DNA of 64,000 bases from positions 160,001 to 224,000 of the forward strand of contig CAVRQT010000003.1 in NCBI GenBank assembly GCA_963723515.1. Reading direction: 5' to 3'. Both the position numbers and the translations under genes were made by a program. Source of the DNA: Vulcanimicrobiota bacterium (GTDB lineage: Bacteria > Vulcanimicrobiota > Vulcanimicrobiia > Vulcanimicrobiales > Vulcanimicrobiaceae). The notes beneath the pieces are model-generated. The model was given only the letters and a program-made list of their open reading frames with translations. It was not told where the DNA came from and searched no databases. Each line of letters begins with the position of its first letter. The stretch's first letter is position 1. Below, piece by piece: positions 39,914 through 50,230 of the stretch.

Positions 39914-41260
39914 GTGGTGACAACCAAAGTGCCGGTCACGCGTTACGCACGCAGCGGCGACGTCAATATCGCCTACCAAGTCGTCGGCGAAGGAGCGCGC
40001 GATCTCGTCTGGATACCCGGTTGGGTTTCGAACATCGAGTATGCGTGGGAAGAGCCGTGGATTCGGCGCTTCCAAGAGCGTCTGGCGTCGTTCAGCCGTC
40101 TGATCCTTTTCGATAAACGGGGGACCGGTCTCTCGGACCGCGTTCCGGATGATAAGTTGCCGACGCTCGAACAACGCATGGACGACGTCCGGGCGGTTCT
40201 TGACGCGGTCGGCTCGGGACACGCTGCACTGTTCGGGGCTTCGGAAGGCTCGTGCATGTCCATGCTCTTCGCTGCAACCTATCCGCAGCGCACGACGGCA
40301 CTCGTTGTTTTCGGCGGCTTTGCGAAGCGGATTTGGTCGGAAGATTACCCTTGGGCGCCTACCATGGAGGAGCGCGAGCAATTCTTTAAGGCGATCGAAG
40401 AAGATTGGGGTGGTGTCGTTGACCTGGCGACGCTCGCTCCGGACGCTTGGCAAGATGCGCTTTTTCGAGAGGGTTGGGAGGCGTATCTCCGGCGCAGCGC
40501 AAGCCCCGGCGCGGCGCTTGCCCTCGCGAAGATGAATACGAAAGTTGACATTCGCAACGTACTGCCGGCAATTCACGTGCCGACTCTGGTTCTTCACCGT
40601 CGCGGCGATCTCGATGTCAATGTTGCGGAAGGTCGCTACATCGCCGAACGCATTCCAGGAGCAAGGTTCGTCGAACTGCACGGGAACGATCACCTCTGGT
40701 ACGCCGGCGATCAAGACTCAGTTCTTGACGAAGTTGAAGAGTTTCTGACAGGCGTCCGCCATGTTGCCGAAGCTGAGCGCGTTTTGGCAACGCTCCTCTT
40801 CAGCGACATCGTCAAGTCGACGCAAAAAGCTGCCGAGCTTGGTGACCGGCGTTGGCATGATTTGCTCGAAAGACACAATACTCGCGTCAAGCGCGAAATC
40901 ACGCGGTTCAGAGGACGTTTGATCAAGATGACGGGCGATGGTTTTCTGGCGACGTTTGATGGTCCGGCACGAGCGGTTCGCTGTGCGCTCGCATTGCACG
41001 AAAGTCTACAATCGCTCGGCATTCAAATTCGAACCGGCTTGCACACGGGCGAATGTGAGATCGTTGAAGATGACGTTGCAGGCGTCGCCGTGCATATTGC
41101 CGCGCGCGTGATGGCTGAAGCGCGGTCGGATGAAGTGCTTGTCTCCGCCACCGTGAGAGATTTAGTGAATGGCTCCGGGCTGCATTTTCAGAGCCGTGGA
41201 CTACATGCGTTGAAGGGCGTACCGGGGCAGTGGGAACTGCTTGAAGTCGAAAGACCTTAA
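39914..41260 (+). CDS. Alpha/beta hydrolase-class III adenylate/guanylate cyclase fusion (LipJ/Rv1900c-like)
   Basis: FDKRGTGLSD, GASEG, GNDH; cyclase FSDIVKST, TGDGFLATF, VHIAARV. Confidence 0.9.
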   Translation: MVTTKVPVTRYARSGDVNIAYQVVGEGARDLVWIPGWVSNIEYAWEEPWIRRFQERLASFSRLILFDKRGTGLSDRVPDDKLPTLEQRMDDVRAVLDAVGSGHAALFGASEGSCMSMLFAATYPQRTTALVVFGGFAKRIWSEDYPWAPTMEEREQFFKAIEEDWGGVVDLATLAPDAWQDALFREGWEAYLRRSASPGAALALAKMNTKVDIRNVLPAIHVPTLVLHRRGDLDVNVAEGRYIAERIPGARFVELHGNDHLWYAGDQDSVLDEVEEFLTGVRHVAEAERVLATLLFSDIVKSTQKAAELGDRRWHDLLERHNTRVKREITRFRGRLIKMTGDGFLATFDGPARAVRCALALHESLQSLGIQIRTGLHTGECEIVEDDVAGVAVHIAARVMAEARSDEVLVSATVRDLVNGSGLHFQSRGLHALKGVPGQWELLEVERP

Positions 41261-41441
41261 GGTTCCGTTGCTTACAACGCCAGGTTGTTGCATTCATCGC
41301 GACAGTAACAAAAGACGGAAAGTTAAATAAAGGTAATCAACGGTGCGGAACGATAGTGTTGCCGCCCATGAAGCTAGCCTTCACAATTTAGACGTGGCTG
41401 GCAAACGTGTTGAAGCTCCCGCGAAAGGACCAATCAAGAAA

Positions 41442-42362
41442 ATGAAATTGCTAAAGCGCTTCTCGGTGATCGCGCCTTTATTGGTGTGGGCATTCTGGCC
41501 GGCGGTAACGGTCGCCCAAGAAACGCCGGCTCCGACACCGACACCGACACCGATAGCCAATTCCGAGCCGACGCCGATCGATATTCAGTACGACGGTCGC
41601 ACGCATATTACGCTAGCGCCGTACCTTTGGCTTTCGACGATACGTGGGAGCTTCCAATTTTCGATTCCGACACTGCCGAATCGTCCGCCTGACATCGTAC
41701 AAGGTAGCGTGTCGACTGGGCCGAGCAACTATTTATCGAAACTGAATTCGGCGGCGATGTTCGCCTTTGATATCCGCAAGGGACGCATCGATCTCTTCGG
41801 CGACTTCATCTATATGAACGCCGACGCCGGCGGGAGCACTGCATTTACGATCACCGGTCCGCGCGGCCGGCTCATGATTCCGGTTACACTTAATACGTCC
41901 GCGCATGTCTCCTCGACGATCTACGAGGTAGCGGCGGGTTATACCGTAGCGCAGACGCACGATGGAGATCTCAGCGTCTTCATCGGCACGCGACAGTTTC
42001 CGATTCACAACCTCAGCTTCAGCTACAACGCGACGATCGGCAGAAATGACATCATTACGCCATCGGGATCGATCTCGATCGCACAGAACGTCGCAAGCGA
42101 TATCATCGGCGGCCTGCGCGGCAAAGTGTTTGTCCATGGGAGCCGCTATTTTGTGCCGTATTATGTCGATTTCGGAACGTCGGCCGGCAGCATTGCGAAC
42201 TTTACGAACCAGGAATACACCGGCGTCGGCTACGCGTACGCTCATGGTCAGACGGTCGTGCTACTCTGGCGAGCGCTGAATTACGGCGGCTTTCCGTCGG
42301 GTAGCCCCATTCAAACGATGAATTTCAACGGTCCATTGCTGGGTTATTCGCTGAACCTGTAG
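41442..42362 (+). CDS. Putative outer-membrane beta-barrel protein
   Basis: Signal peptide with Pro/Thr linker, ITLAPYLW, amphipathic strands, terminal GPLLGYSLNL. Confidence 0.65.
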   Translation: MKLLKRFSVIAPLLVWAFWPAVTVAQETPAPTPTPTPIANSEPTPIDIQYDGRTHITLAPYLWLSTIRGSFQFSIPTLPNRPPDIVQGSVSTGPSNYLSKLNSAAMFAFDIRKGRIDLFGDFIYMNADAGGSTAFTITGPRGRLMIPVTLNTSAHVSSTIYEVAAGYTVAQTHDGDLSVFIGTRQFPIHNLSFSYNATIGRNDIITPSGSISIAQNVASDIIGGLRGKVFVHGSRYFVPYYVDFGTSAGSIANFTNQEYTGVGYAYAHGQTVVLLWRALNYGGFPSGSPIQTMNFNGPLLGYSLNL

Positions 42363-42374
42363 GTCCGCAAAACG

Positions 42375-43205
42375 CTATGGGCGCAGTCGCGATTTGCCAG
42401 GTTGTGCGAAGTCCAGATCGGGACGCCCCTGCATCGATAGCAGTTGCCGCTTGATCGGGTTCAAATTGATGGTGACGAATCCGGTTCCCGGCCGATCGTA
42501 ATCGACCATCATTTCGATAACGATTACGTATGCCAGCACATAAATAACGCTCAAGGCGAGCGGTCTTGAGTTATCGCGCGCAAAGCGGAAGCCGGTCGCA
42601 AGCGTGCCTAGTGCAACCAGGGTTAACGCGAGAACGACGATGGCCGTCGGTACATGGCTCGTCGCCGCTTGAAGCACTTCTGCAGAGACGTCAATCGTAT
42701 CGTTGAGCGTCTGCATCAGCAGCGAGAGTCCAAGATTCGATCGGCGCGCGCGTAAGGCCGATGACGCGATTGACCAGAGCCGCGCCTGGTCCCCGTCGCT
42801 GCGCGCGATCGCTTGCCGGTACAACGCTGGGGAGGCAGCGGGCGTTTCATACGCATTAAGCCGGGTGGCAGTGTAATCGAGCAAGATCTGCCGGAAGCGC
42901 CGCTCCGCGCTTCCATCGAGTTCGTCCGATCGAAGCCAAGTCGTTCCGATGGCGTTTGCTTCTCTGACGACGAGCGCGCGCCGGCCGTCAAAACGGCCGG
43001 AGGCTTGAGCAAACGATAAACCGAGCACGAAACTTGCCAACGTGAGGAGTCCGGCGTGCACGATGTTCCAGGCGTCGTCTTTCACTAGCTGACGGCCGGC
43101 CAACAGCTTCCCGAGGCGATACGGCACTTCGATCAACAGCGCCAATACGACGAGCATCACGCATGGAAGCAGCCACGGATTCGAATAGAAAAGAAACTGC
43201 GTCAT
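42375..43205 (-). CDS. Membrane protein, DUF4239/bestrophin-like
   Basis: LGLSFAQASGRFDGRRALVVREANAIGTTWLR, DYDRPGTG. Confidence 0.7.
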   Translation of the reverse strand: MTQFLFYSNPWLLPCVMLVVLALLIEVPYRLGKLLAGRQLVKDDAWNIVHAGLLTLASFVLGLSFAQASGRFDGRRALVVREANAIGTTWLRSDELDGSAERRFRQILLDYTATRLNAYETPAASPALYRQAIARSDGDQARLWSIASSALRARRSNLGLSLLMQTLNDTIDVSAEVLQAATSHVPTAIVVLALTLVALGTLATGFRFARDNSRPLALSVIYVLAYVIVIEMMVDYDRPGTGFVTINLNPIKRQLLSMQGRPDLDFAQPGKSRLRP

Positions 43206-43226
43206 TATCGAAGATGCGAAATCATA

Positions 43227-43761
43227 TTATTTAACGGAGTATCCTCGCGCGTCCATGCACGCCGAAAAAGCGCGGCGCACGCTGTCAACTTGTTTTGCGC
43301 GTTGTGCGTTTGCTTGCGTGTGAGCGTTGGCTTGCGACTGCGCGTTAGCGGCATGCTGTAGGCGCCGGCCTCGAATCGCTCCGGTCAAGGCACCGGCTCC
43401 GGCGCCCGCACCGGCGTTGCCGGCTATTGCTCCGACTGCTGCGCCGTAGGCCGCACCGTGAGCGGCACCGCGAACGGCGCCTCCATGATGCGTCGGCGCT
43501 GGATGAGGCGCTGGCGTCTGACTAGCGAGATTAATCCCGGTACGTTGCTGCGCGGAAGCGTAACACTGAGATTCATCGGTGGCTTGTTTTGAAGTGCTTT
43601 GATTTTTCTTCGGGTACACGTAGACGCCCAGAGCAGACGTCGCCGGGGTGGCCGTTGCCGATGGGGGAGCCAAAGTGAAGGAACAGATAACGCCAAGGCA
43701 CAGCGCAAAGAAGATTAATCGTCTGGGAGACCGGGGCGCGGCAAGAACTGAGGCTTTTCAC
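43227..43761 (-). CDS. Exported glycine-zipper protein (extra A just after the GTG start)
   Basis: YVYPKKNQS...DESQC, GAAVGAIAGNAGAGAGAGA, FSACMDARGYSVK; RBS AAGGAAG. Confidence 0.75.
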
Positions 43762-43826
43762 GACTGCTTCCTTTCATCGAAGTTGTGGTCCAGAGATTAG
43801 CTACATCATCCGCTACGAAATTCCAG

Positions 43827-44603
43827 TTAAGGCGACGCTGCTAACAGCAGAAGACTAGCACGCAACGTCCAGGCAGACGCGCCCCGCACGTCAGCGAGAT
43901 TTTTTTCGGCCTCGATCGCAGCGGTTAACCGTCCACCGACGCCGAGGCCGCTACGCTCGATACGCACGCCGAGTGGAACATCCGTCCAAGCGCGCGTGTT
44001 CCAATCGTAGGTGAATCTCATCTGCGACGTGCCGATTGCCCAGCCGCCCGGCAGCGCAAAGACAATCGTCGGGTCCAATTGCGAACGCGCGACCGGCGGC
44101 CTCGATCCGTCGCCGGCAAAAGAAAAGAAATTTTGCGTGAAGATCCCGAGCGTCGTGGATTTGAGTTTGAGCGTGTAACCCGCGGCGGGACCGATCTGCC
44201 ATTTGCCTGATCCTAACGCGCCGTGCGATGCTGTCGGTAAGCGCAAGGACGGTCCTATAACCCAGCGACTCGTTTTCGAATCGAAGATTGCCAGCCCAAC
44301 GAGCGTCGTGTCACCGCTGCCGGTGATCGCATTTGCGGGTGCCGATGTTACGAACGGCAGCCGTATGCGCAGCACGTGCAATCGGCGTCCCGTGCCCGCG
44401 AATAAGAGCAGCGGCTTACCCCACGGTATCTGCGCTCGCAGATTGATCGTGTTACTTGATCCCGAAAGGTCGTCGTAGGCCGGAGAAAACTCATCCTCGA
44501 TTGAGACGGACGCGTTGGGCGAGGTCGCCGTTTCGCTGTCGGTATCGGCTGCGCGTCCAATGCCGGGCGTAGCAGTTAGTGCCATGATCAGGAGCGTAGG
44601 CAA
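43827..44603 (-). CDS. Putative outer-membrane channel (family often mislabelled neuromedin U / MetA-pathway-like)
   Basis: GSGDTTL, PTASHGALGSGKWQIGPAA, TYDWN, VPLG. Confidence 0.65.
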   Translation of the reverse strand: MPTLLIMALTATPGIGRAADTDSETATSPNASVSIEDEFSPAYDDLSGSSNTINLRAQIPWGKPLLLFAGTGRRLHVLRIRLPFVTSAPANAITGSGDTTLVGLAIFDSKTSRWVIGPSLRLPTASHGALGSGKWQIGPAAGYTLKLKSTTLGIFTQNFFSFAGDGSRPPVARSQLDPTIVFALPGGWAIGTSQMRFTYDWNTRAWTDVPLGVRIERSGLGVGGRLTAAIEAEKNLADVRGASAWTLRASLLLLAASP

Positions 44604-44634
44604 AAGGCGCTTCTCAAGCAGTGCGCCCCGTCGG

Positions 44635-45273
44635 CTAGTACAAAATGTTGATCGCACGAGCGGCAACGATAACGAGCGTAATGAGCGAAATGAGGCCCTG
44701 CACCATCATCAGACTTTTGGCGCGCAGCGCGAGCGGCATCGCATCGGTGGGGCTGAATGCGGTCTGCGCAGTGAATCCGATGAAGAGGTAATCGCCAAAA
44801 CTCGGCATCCACTCGGGCGGCGCATTTGAGGGGTCGCTCATTTGCGGAAAACTGAAATCCGGATACCGCGCCGCAATCCGACCTGCGCGCGCTTCTGGCC
44901 CACCACGATCGATCAGCCAATACAACAATGAAAACAACAGCACGTTGACCACCCAGATTGCGACGGAGGTCGAAAGGAGCGCCAACCCGTGAATGTTGCG
45001 CGGCGAATGCAACATCGAATTGATGACGTCGAACAGCGTGAAGAAGTTGACGAGTATGAAGAAAGAAATCGCCGCGAACATGATCGCGCGCTCGACGCGA
45101 AGCCAACCGCCGTTCTTCTGCACGAAAGCGCCGATCATCATTGGAGTGAGCATGACCACCGCCGCAGCAAGCGGCAGCCATGACGGCATGATGCGGTAGC
45201 GGCCGGGCAGGAGCATGAGCAATATGCCGACGACAACGATCGCTATTGCGGCGCCGAGGCGGTTTACCTGAAC
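44635..45273 (-). CDS. DUF1345-like membrane protein (start not resolved)
   Basis: FSLLYWLIDRGGP, DFSFPQ, WMPSFGDYLFIGFTAQTAFSPTD, ARAINIL. Confidence 0.7.
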   Translation of the reverse strand, partial: VQVNRLGAAIAIVVVGILLMLLPGRYRIMPSWLPLAAAVVMLTPMMIGAFVQKNGGWLRVERAIMFAAISFFILVNFFTLFDVINSMLHSPRNIHGLALLSTSVAIWVVNVLLFSLLYWLIDRGGPEARAGRIAARYPDFSFPQMSDPSNAPPEWMPSFGDYLFIGFTAQTAFSPTDAMPLALRAKSLMMVQGLISLITLVIVAARAINILY

Positions 45274-45296
45274 GCTTCGATTCGCCGGGAACTGCT

Positions 45297-46232
45297 TTAC
45301 GAGCGCGGCCTGCGAACGCAGCGAAAGCCGAGATGACTCATTGAAGTCTCGACCATTTGCGGGGAGCGAGCCGCAGGCCGAAAGCGCAGGCAGTAATTGG
45401 GTGCGCATAGGTACGATCCACCTTTGAGCACTTTGCGCGGGATACGAAATTGAGGCTGCGCCGGATCGTAACTTCGTTCGATTGTTCCGCCACGCGGGAT
45501 CGGCGCTCCACAACAGGGTTTTGTTTGCGGACTTTCGCGCTGCGCGGCATACCAATCGCTCGTCCACTCCCACACATTTCCGGCCATATCATACAGTCCG
45601 TATCCGTTCGCGGGAAACGATCCGACTGGCGACGTTAATTCGTAGCCGTCGGTAAGCAGATTCTGCCACGGAAACTCACCCTGCCATGTGTTGGCGAGCA
45701 TCTTGCCGCCGGGATACATTTCATCTCCCCATGGGAACACCGGAGCGTCGAGTCCGCCGCACGCCGCATACTCCCACTCGGCTTCTGTCGGCAATGATTT
45801 GCCGGCCCACTGCGCATATGCTTCCGCGTCTTCGAACGCGACGTGTACGACCGGATGGTCATTCAAGCCCTCGATCGATGAATCTGGACCCGCGGGGTGA
45901 TTCCAGCATGCACCCGGCACCCATTGCCACCACTGAGTCCAGTCTCGTAAGTCAACGGGGCCTTTCCTTTTGCGAAAAACCAGGGATCCGGGAACCAAGA
46001 GTTCCGGGATTGCGCCTGGATAGAGCGCCGGATCGATAGGCCGCTGCGCGACCGTTGCGTAGCCTGTCTCTTCGATGAACTTTCCAAACTCGGCGTTCGT
46101 CACTGGATAGGGGTCGATTTCAAATCCTTCAACGCGAACGCGATGCATCGGCGCTTCCTCAGGATAAAAATCGTTTGATCCCATCGTAAACTCGCCGCCT
46201 TCTAGGCCGACGAGCGTTTCGATAACGCGCAT
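45297..46232 (-). CDS. Formylglycine-generating enzyme (sulfatase-modifying factor 1); alternative start 46247
   Basis: FTMGS, HPVVHV, LPTEAEWEYA, DMAGNVWEW, KGGSYLCAPNYCLRFRPAAR. Confidence 0.93.
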   Translation of the reverse strand: MRVIETLVGLEGGEFTMGSNDFYPEEAPMHRVRVEGFEIDPYPVTNAEFGKFIEETGYATVAQRPIDPALYPGAIPELLVPGSLVFRKRKGPVDLRDWTQWWQWVPGACWNHPAGPDSSIEGLNDHPVVHVAFEDAEAYAQWAGKSLPTEAEWEYAACGGLDAPVFPWGDEMYPGGKMLANTWQGEFPWQNLLTDGYELTSPVGSFPANGYGLYDMAGNVWEWTSDWYAAQRESPQTKPCCGAPIPRGGTIERSYDPAQPQFRIPRKVLKGGSYLCAPNYCLRFRPAARSPQMVETSMSHLGFRCVRRPRS

Positions 46233-46271
46233 AACGCCCTGGTTCATGCGACTTGCAAGGAAGCCCTACGC

Positions 46272-46858
46272 GTGCGCGGCAATCCAGGCGCCGTGATTTC
46301 GCCTTTCTGGTTTCTCGTGGCAGCGTTTATCGGCACCAATCTCGACGCGATCGTCGTACTTGGGTTACTGTTTGCGATTGACCAGCCAGCATATCGCCGG
46401 CACGCGATCGCGGCCGCATCTGCCGGTTTTATTGTCGTACTGATAGCGGCGATCGCAGTAGCACTCGTCGCGCATGGTTTGCCAGCATCTGGATCCGCTG
46501 GCTAACTCTGCTGCCCGCTGCCGTCGCGGTTGCACGCTTAGGCGCGTGGGCATGTAGCCCGGCTGAACTCACCCAACGCAATGCTGCAAAATACGCATCG
46601 ATCTTCTCAGCCGTTTTGGCGACTGGCATCGACAATGCAGTAACGTATGCTGCGATCTTTGCAACGATGCCGCTTGCGGGCGTGGCGATCACATCCGGCG
46701 TTTACCTCGGCGCGTTTGGCGTACTCTGTCTGCTTTTGTTGGAGTTCGGTCGTCTAGGCGTCCGCGTGCGCATACCACGCGCGATCGTCGAGCTCGGCAC
46801 GGCAGGAATATTATTCGCGGTGAGCGGCGTTTTAATGCATTTGATGTTTCACATATAG
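46272..46858 (+). CDS. CadD-like (LysE superfamily) transporter, divergent, frameshift near 46490
   Basis: FIGTNLDAIVVL and ATGIDNAVTYAAIF resemble the two CadD repeat motifs. Confidence 0.55.
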
Positions 46859-46921
46859 CGAAGGGGCGCCGCATCGCTCCGCCGTAGCACGTGAGACTAA
46901 TCCCAAATCCGGAGGCCTCCC

Positions 46922-49276
46922 ATGAGCGAGCGCAGCGATGATCTGAACCGCGGCATCCTACCTATTCCCGACCCTCAGTACGTCGGTCTGACGACCTACG
47001 ACGCCAAAGATCCCGACACAAAATTCCCTCCGATTGAACAGGTACGCCCGCCTAAGGGAGCCCCAAATGTCCTAATTGTGTTGATCGATGATGCAGGGTT
47101 TGGTTCGTCGAGCGCATTCGGCGGCCCATGTAACACGCCGACGGCAGAGCGACTAGCAAAGCGTGGCCTGAAGTATAACCGCTTTCATACGACGGCACTG
47201 TGCTCGCCGACCCGCGCCGCACTTTTGACCGGTCGCAACCACCACGCAGTCGGCATGGGCGGTGTAACGGAGATCGCGACTTCCGCTCCGGGCTACAATT
47301 CGGTGCGCCCAAAGTCAGCGGCGCCGCTTGCACAAACGCTCAAACTGAACGGCTACTCAACTGCGCAGTTCGGTAAGTGCCACGAAGTGCCCGTGTGGGA
47401 GACGAGCCCGATGGGACCATTTCAGCAGTGGCCGACCGGCAGCGGGTTCGAGCACTTTTACGGATTCATCGGCGGAGAGACGAACCAATGGGCGCCGGCG
47501 ATTTACCGGGACACGGTTCCCATCGACCCGCCGCCGGATCCAAACTACCACTTTACGGCAGACATCACGGACCGTGCGAGAGAGTGGATCGGTCAACAGC
47601 GCGTTCTGATGCCCGACAAGCCGTTTTTCGTCTACTTCGCGCCGGGTGCGACCCACGCACCGCATCATGTGCCCAAAGAGTGGGCCGACAAGTATAAGGG
47701 CAAGTTCGATCAAGGGTGGGACAAACTGCGCGAAGAGACGTTTGCCCGTCAAAAACAACTTGGCGTGATCCCCAAGGATGCCGAACTGACGAAGCGCCCC
47801 GCCGAGATCCCCGCATGGGACGATGTTGACCCAAAACTCAAACCTGTGCTGGCCCGCGAGATGGAAGTGTACGCGGGCTTCATGGAACACACCGACCACC
47901 ACGTCGGCCGGTTGATCGATGCGCTCGAAAAACTCGAAGTCCTCGACAATACGTTGATCTACTACATCGTCGGCGACAACGGTGCGTCGGCCGAAGGCAC
48001 GATCAACGGCACGTTCAACGAGATGTTCATGCTCAACGGCGTGACCGGCGTTGAAACGCCGGAATTCTTGATGGAGAAGATCGACAAGTTCGGCAGTCCT
48101 GAGGCGTACAACCACTACGCGGTTGGTTGGGCGCACGCGATGGACACGCCGTATCAGTGGACCAAACAAGTGGCGTCCCATTGGGGCGGCACCCGCAACG
48201 GTACGATCGTTCATTGGCCGAAAGGCATCAAGGCGAAGGGTGAAATCCGCTCACAGTTCCACCACGTGATCGATATTGCGCCTACTGTGCTCGAGGTGGC
48301 CGGTTTGCCGCATCCGACGGTTGTTGACAGCGTTCAGCAGATGCCGCTGCACGGCTCTTCGATGGTGTACTCTTTCGATGATGCGAAGGCGGCCGATCGC
48401 CGCGAGACGCAGTACTTCGAGATGTTTGTCAACCGTGGTATCTACCACAAGGGCTGGACGGCGGTGACGCGGCACAGCACGCCGTGGGTTGTTGGCGCAT
48501 TGCCGCCTTACGACGACGACGTATGGGAGCTGTACGGTCCAGACGACTGGACTCAGTCAAAGAACATCGCGAAGGAAAATCCGGCGAAACTGCACGACCT
48601 GCAGCGTTTGTTTCTGATCGAGGCGACGAAGTATAATGTGTTGCCGCTCGATGACCGCCGGGTCGAGCGCTTTAATGCTGACCTAGCCGGCCGTCCGCAG
48701 CTCATCCATGGTGAGAGTCAGTTGCTTTTCGGAAGCATGGGCCGCTTGAGCGAGAACTCGATCGTGATTCTCAAGAACAAGTCGTACTCGATAACCGCTC
48801 AGATCGTCGTGCCCGATGAGGGCGCCGAGGGTGTTATCGTGCACCAAGGAGGGCGTTTCGGCGGCTGGAGCTTCTATGCGAAGGACGGCAAGCTTACGTT
48901 CTGCTACAACTGCTTCGGTTGGAAGGTGTTTATCATCCGCGCCGACGCGCCGCTCCCCGCAGGCAATCATCAAGTTCGGATGGAGTTCGAATATGACGGC
49001 GGTGGGCTTGGGAAAGGCGGGAAAGTCACGCTGTACGTTGATGGCAAAAAAGCGGGCGAGGGCCGCCTGGACATGACCGTCCCAATGGCTTTCTCTGCCG
49101 ACGAAACGTGCGACGTCGGAAAGGATACGGGCACCGCGGTCAGCAGCGAGTACGACGTTGCGCATAGCGAGTTCAATGGCAAGGTCCTCGGCGTGCAGCT
49201 CGATGCGGGCAAGTCGGACGCGGACCGCTTTATTTCCCCGGAAGATCGGCTGCGCATTGCAATGGCACGCCAGTAG
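46922..49276 (+). CDS. Cys-type arylsulfatase with C-terminal LamG-like domain, no signal peptide
   Basis: PNVLIVLIDDAG, ALCSPTRAALLTGRN, FGKCH, GATHAPH, GDNG; GGAGG RBS. Confidence 0.95.
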   Translation: MSERSDDLNRGILPIPDPQYVGLTTYDAKDPDTKFPPIEQVRPPKGAPNVLIVLIDDAGFGSSSAFGGPCNTPTAERLAKRGLKYNRFHTTALCSPTRAALLTGRNHHAVGMGGVTEIATSAPGYNSVRPKSAAPLAQTLKLNGYSTAQFGKCHEVPVWETSPMGPFQQWPTGSGFEHFYGFIGGETNQWAPAIYRDTVPIDPPPDPNYHFTADITDRAREWIGQQRVLMPDKPFFVYFAPGATHAPHHVPKEWADKYKGKFDQGWDKLREETFARQKQLGVIPKDAELTKRPAEIPAWDDVDPKLKPVLAREMEVYAGFMEHTDHHVGRLIDALEKLEVLDNTLIYYIVGDNGASAEGTINGTFNEMFMLNGVTGVETPEFLMEKIDKFGSPEAYNHYAVGWAHAMDTPYQWTKQVASHWGGTRNGTIVHWPKGIKAKGEIRSQFHHVIDIAPTVLEVAGLPHPTVVDSVQQMPLHGSSMVYSFDDAKAADRRETQYFEMFVNRGIYHKGWTAVTRHSTPWVVGALPPYDDDVWELYGPDDWTQSKNIAKENPAKLHDLQRLFLIEATKYNVLPLDDRRVERFNADLAGRPQLIHGESQLLFGSMGRLSENSIVILKNKSYSITAQIVVPDEGAEGVIVHQGGRFGGWSFYAKDGKLTFCYNCFGWKVFIIRADAPLPAGNHQVRMEFEYDGGGLGKGGKVTLYVDGKKAGEGRLDMTVPMAFSADETCDVGKDTGTAVSSEYDVAHSEFNGKVLGVQLDAGKSDADRFISPEDRLRIAMARQ

Positions 49277-49302
49277 CGCGCGACATGAGATAGGAACCTT
49301 GA

Positions 49303-49761
49303 ATGGTTCTGCATGAGCTGAAGGCTTGGGAGTTCGCGTTGCGCCTCGCCGTTGGTGCACTGTTGGGCGTCGCCATCGGCTTCGAGCGCCAGTGGCGTCA
49401 AAGCCCGGCGGGCCTTCACACGAGTGGCCTGGTCGCGATCGGCGCAGCGCTCTTCGCGCTGCTTGCGCCGGTCGTGGGCGCGGCGAGTGAAACGCGCGTG
49501 CTCGCCGCCATCGTTACGGGCGTCGGGTTTTTGGCCGGCGGCGTAATTTTGCGGGAAGGCCTGAACGTGAAAGGGCTGAACACGGCCGCCACGATCTGGG
49601 CAACGGCGGCCGTCGGTTCGCTTGCCGGAGTAGGTTTATTTGAAGAAGCGCTGCTCGGGGCGCTGGCGATCATCGTGTTGAACTGGTGGCTGCAACCGGT
49701 CGAACGTTTCATCGAACGGCGTCGGCACGTGCGTGCCGAGCAGCACGGTCAAACGGGCTAG
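49303..49761 (+). CDS. MgtC/SapB family membrane protein
   Basis: IGFERQW...AGLHT, IVTGVGFLAGGVIL, GLNTAATIW. Confidence 0.9.
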   Translation: MVLHELKAWEFALRLAVGALLGVAIGFERQWRQSPAGLHTSGLVAIGAALFALLAPVVGAASETRVLAAIVTGVGFLAGGVILREGLNVKGLNTAATIWATAAVGSLAGVGLFEEALLGALAIIVLNWWLQPVERFIERRRHVRAEQHGQTG

Positions 49762-49783
49762 CCTTGCCGAAAGGAGCGAACGT

Positions 49784-50218
49784 ATGAGCGAAGACGCGGC
49801 TAAGCACGGCGCCGATCGCTTTGAGGTGCGGCCGACGTCCGACAGCAATTTCGCTTGGTTGCGCACCCGCATGGCGCTCGAGCGAACGCAGATGGCGTGG
49901 ATCAGAACCGGCGTCTCCCTGATCGCGTTCGGCTTTACGATTTACCAGGTGCTTGAGAAATTGCCCGAGGCTGCACGAGCCGTGCATCCCCAGGCGCCGC
50001 GCGACCTCGGTCTGGTGTTGATCGGCACCGGAATCATCGCCATGGTTCTGGCCATGATTGACTACCGCATGGTTACGAACTACTTATGGAGCCCGGAGTA
50101 TAAACCAATTGCGGGCCTCTCCGACAAACGGAATCATACGACCGTGCTCCCGGTCACGCTGATCGTGCTGTTCGTCGGCATCGCAGCCTTCGTTGCCGTG
50201 GTGCTGCGCATTCCGTAG
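49784..50218 (+). CDS. DUF202/YidH membrane protein
   Basis: RMALERTQMAWIRTGVSLIAFGF; AAGGAG RBS. Confidence 0.85.
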   Translation: MSEDAAKHGADRFEVRPTSDSNFAWLRTRMALERTQMAWIRTGVSLIAFGFTIYQVLEKLPEAARAVHPQAPRDLGLVLIGTGIIAMVLAMIDYRMVTNYLWSPEYKPIAGLSDKRNHTTVLPVTLIVLFVGIAAFVAVVLRIP

Positions 50219-50230
50219 AGCACACCAGCA

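Noticed and set aside
41398..41415. Sigma-54-like TGGCAAACGTGTTGAA
   Set aside because: The -12 GC is GA and no enhancer-binding protein gene is nearby.
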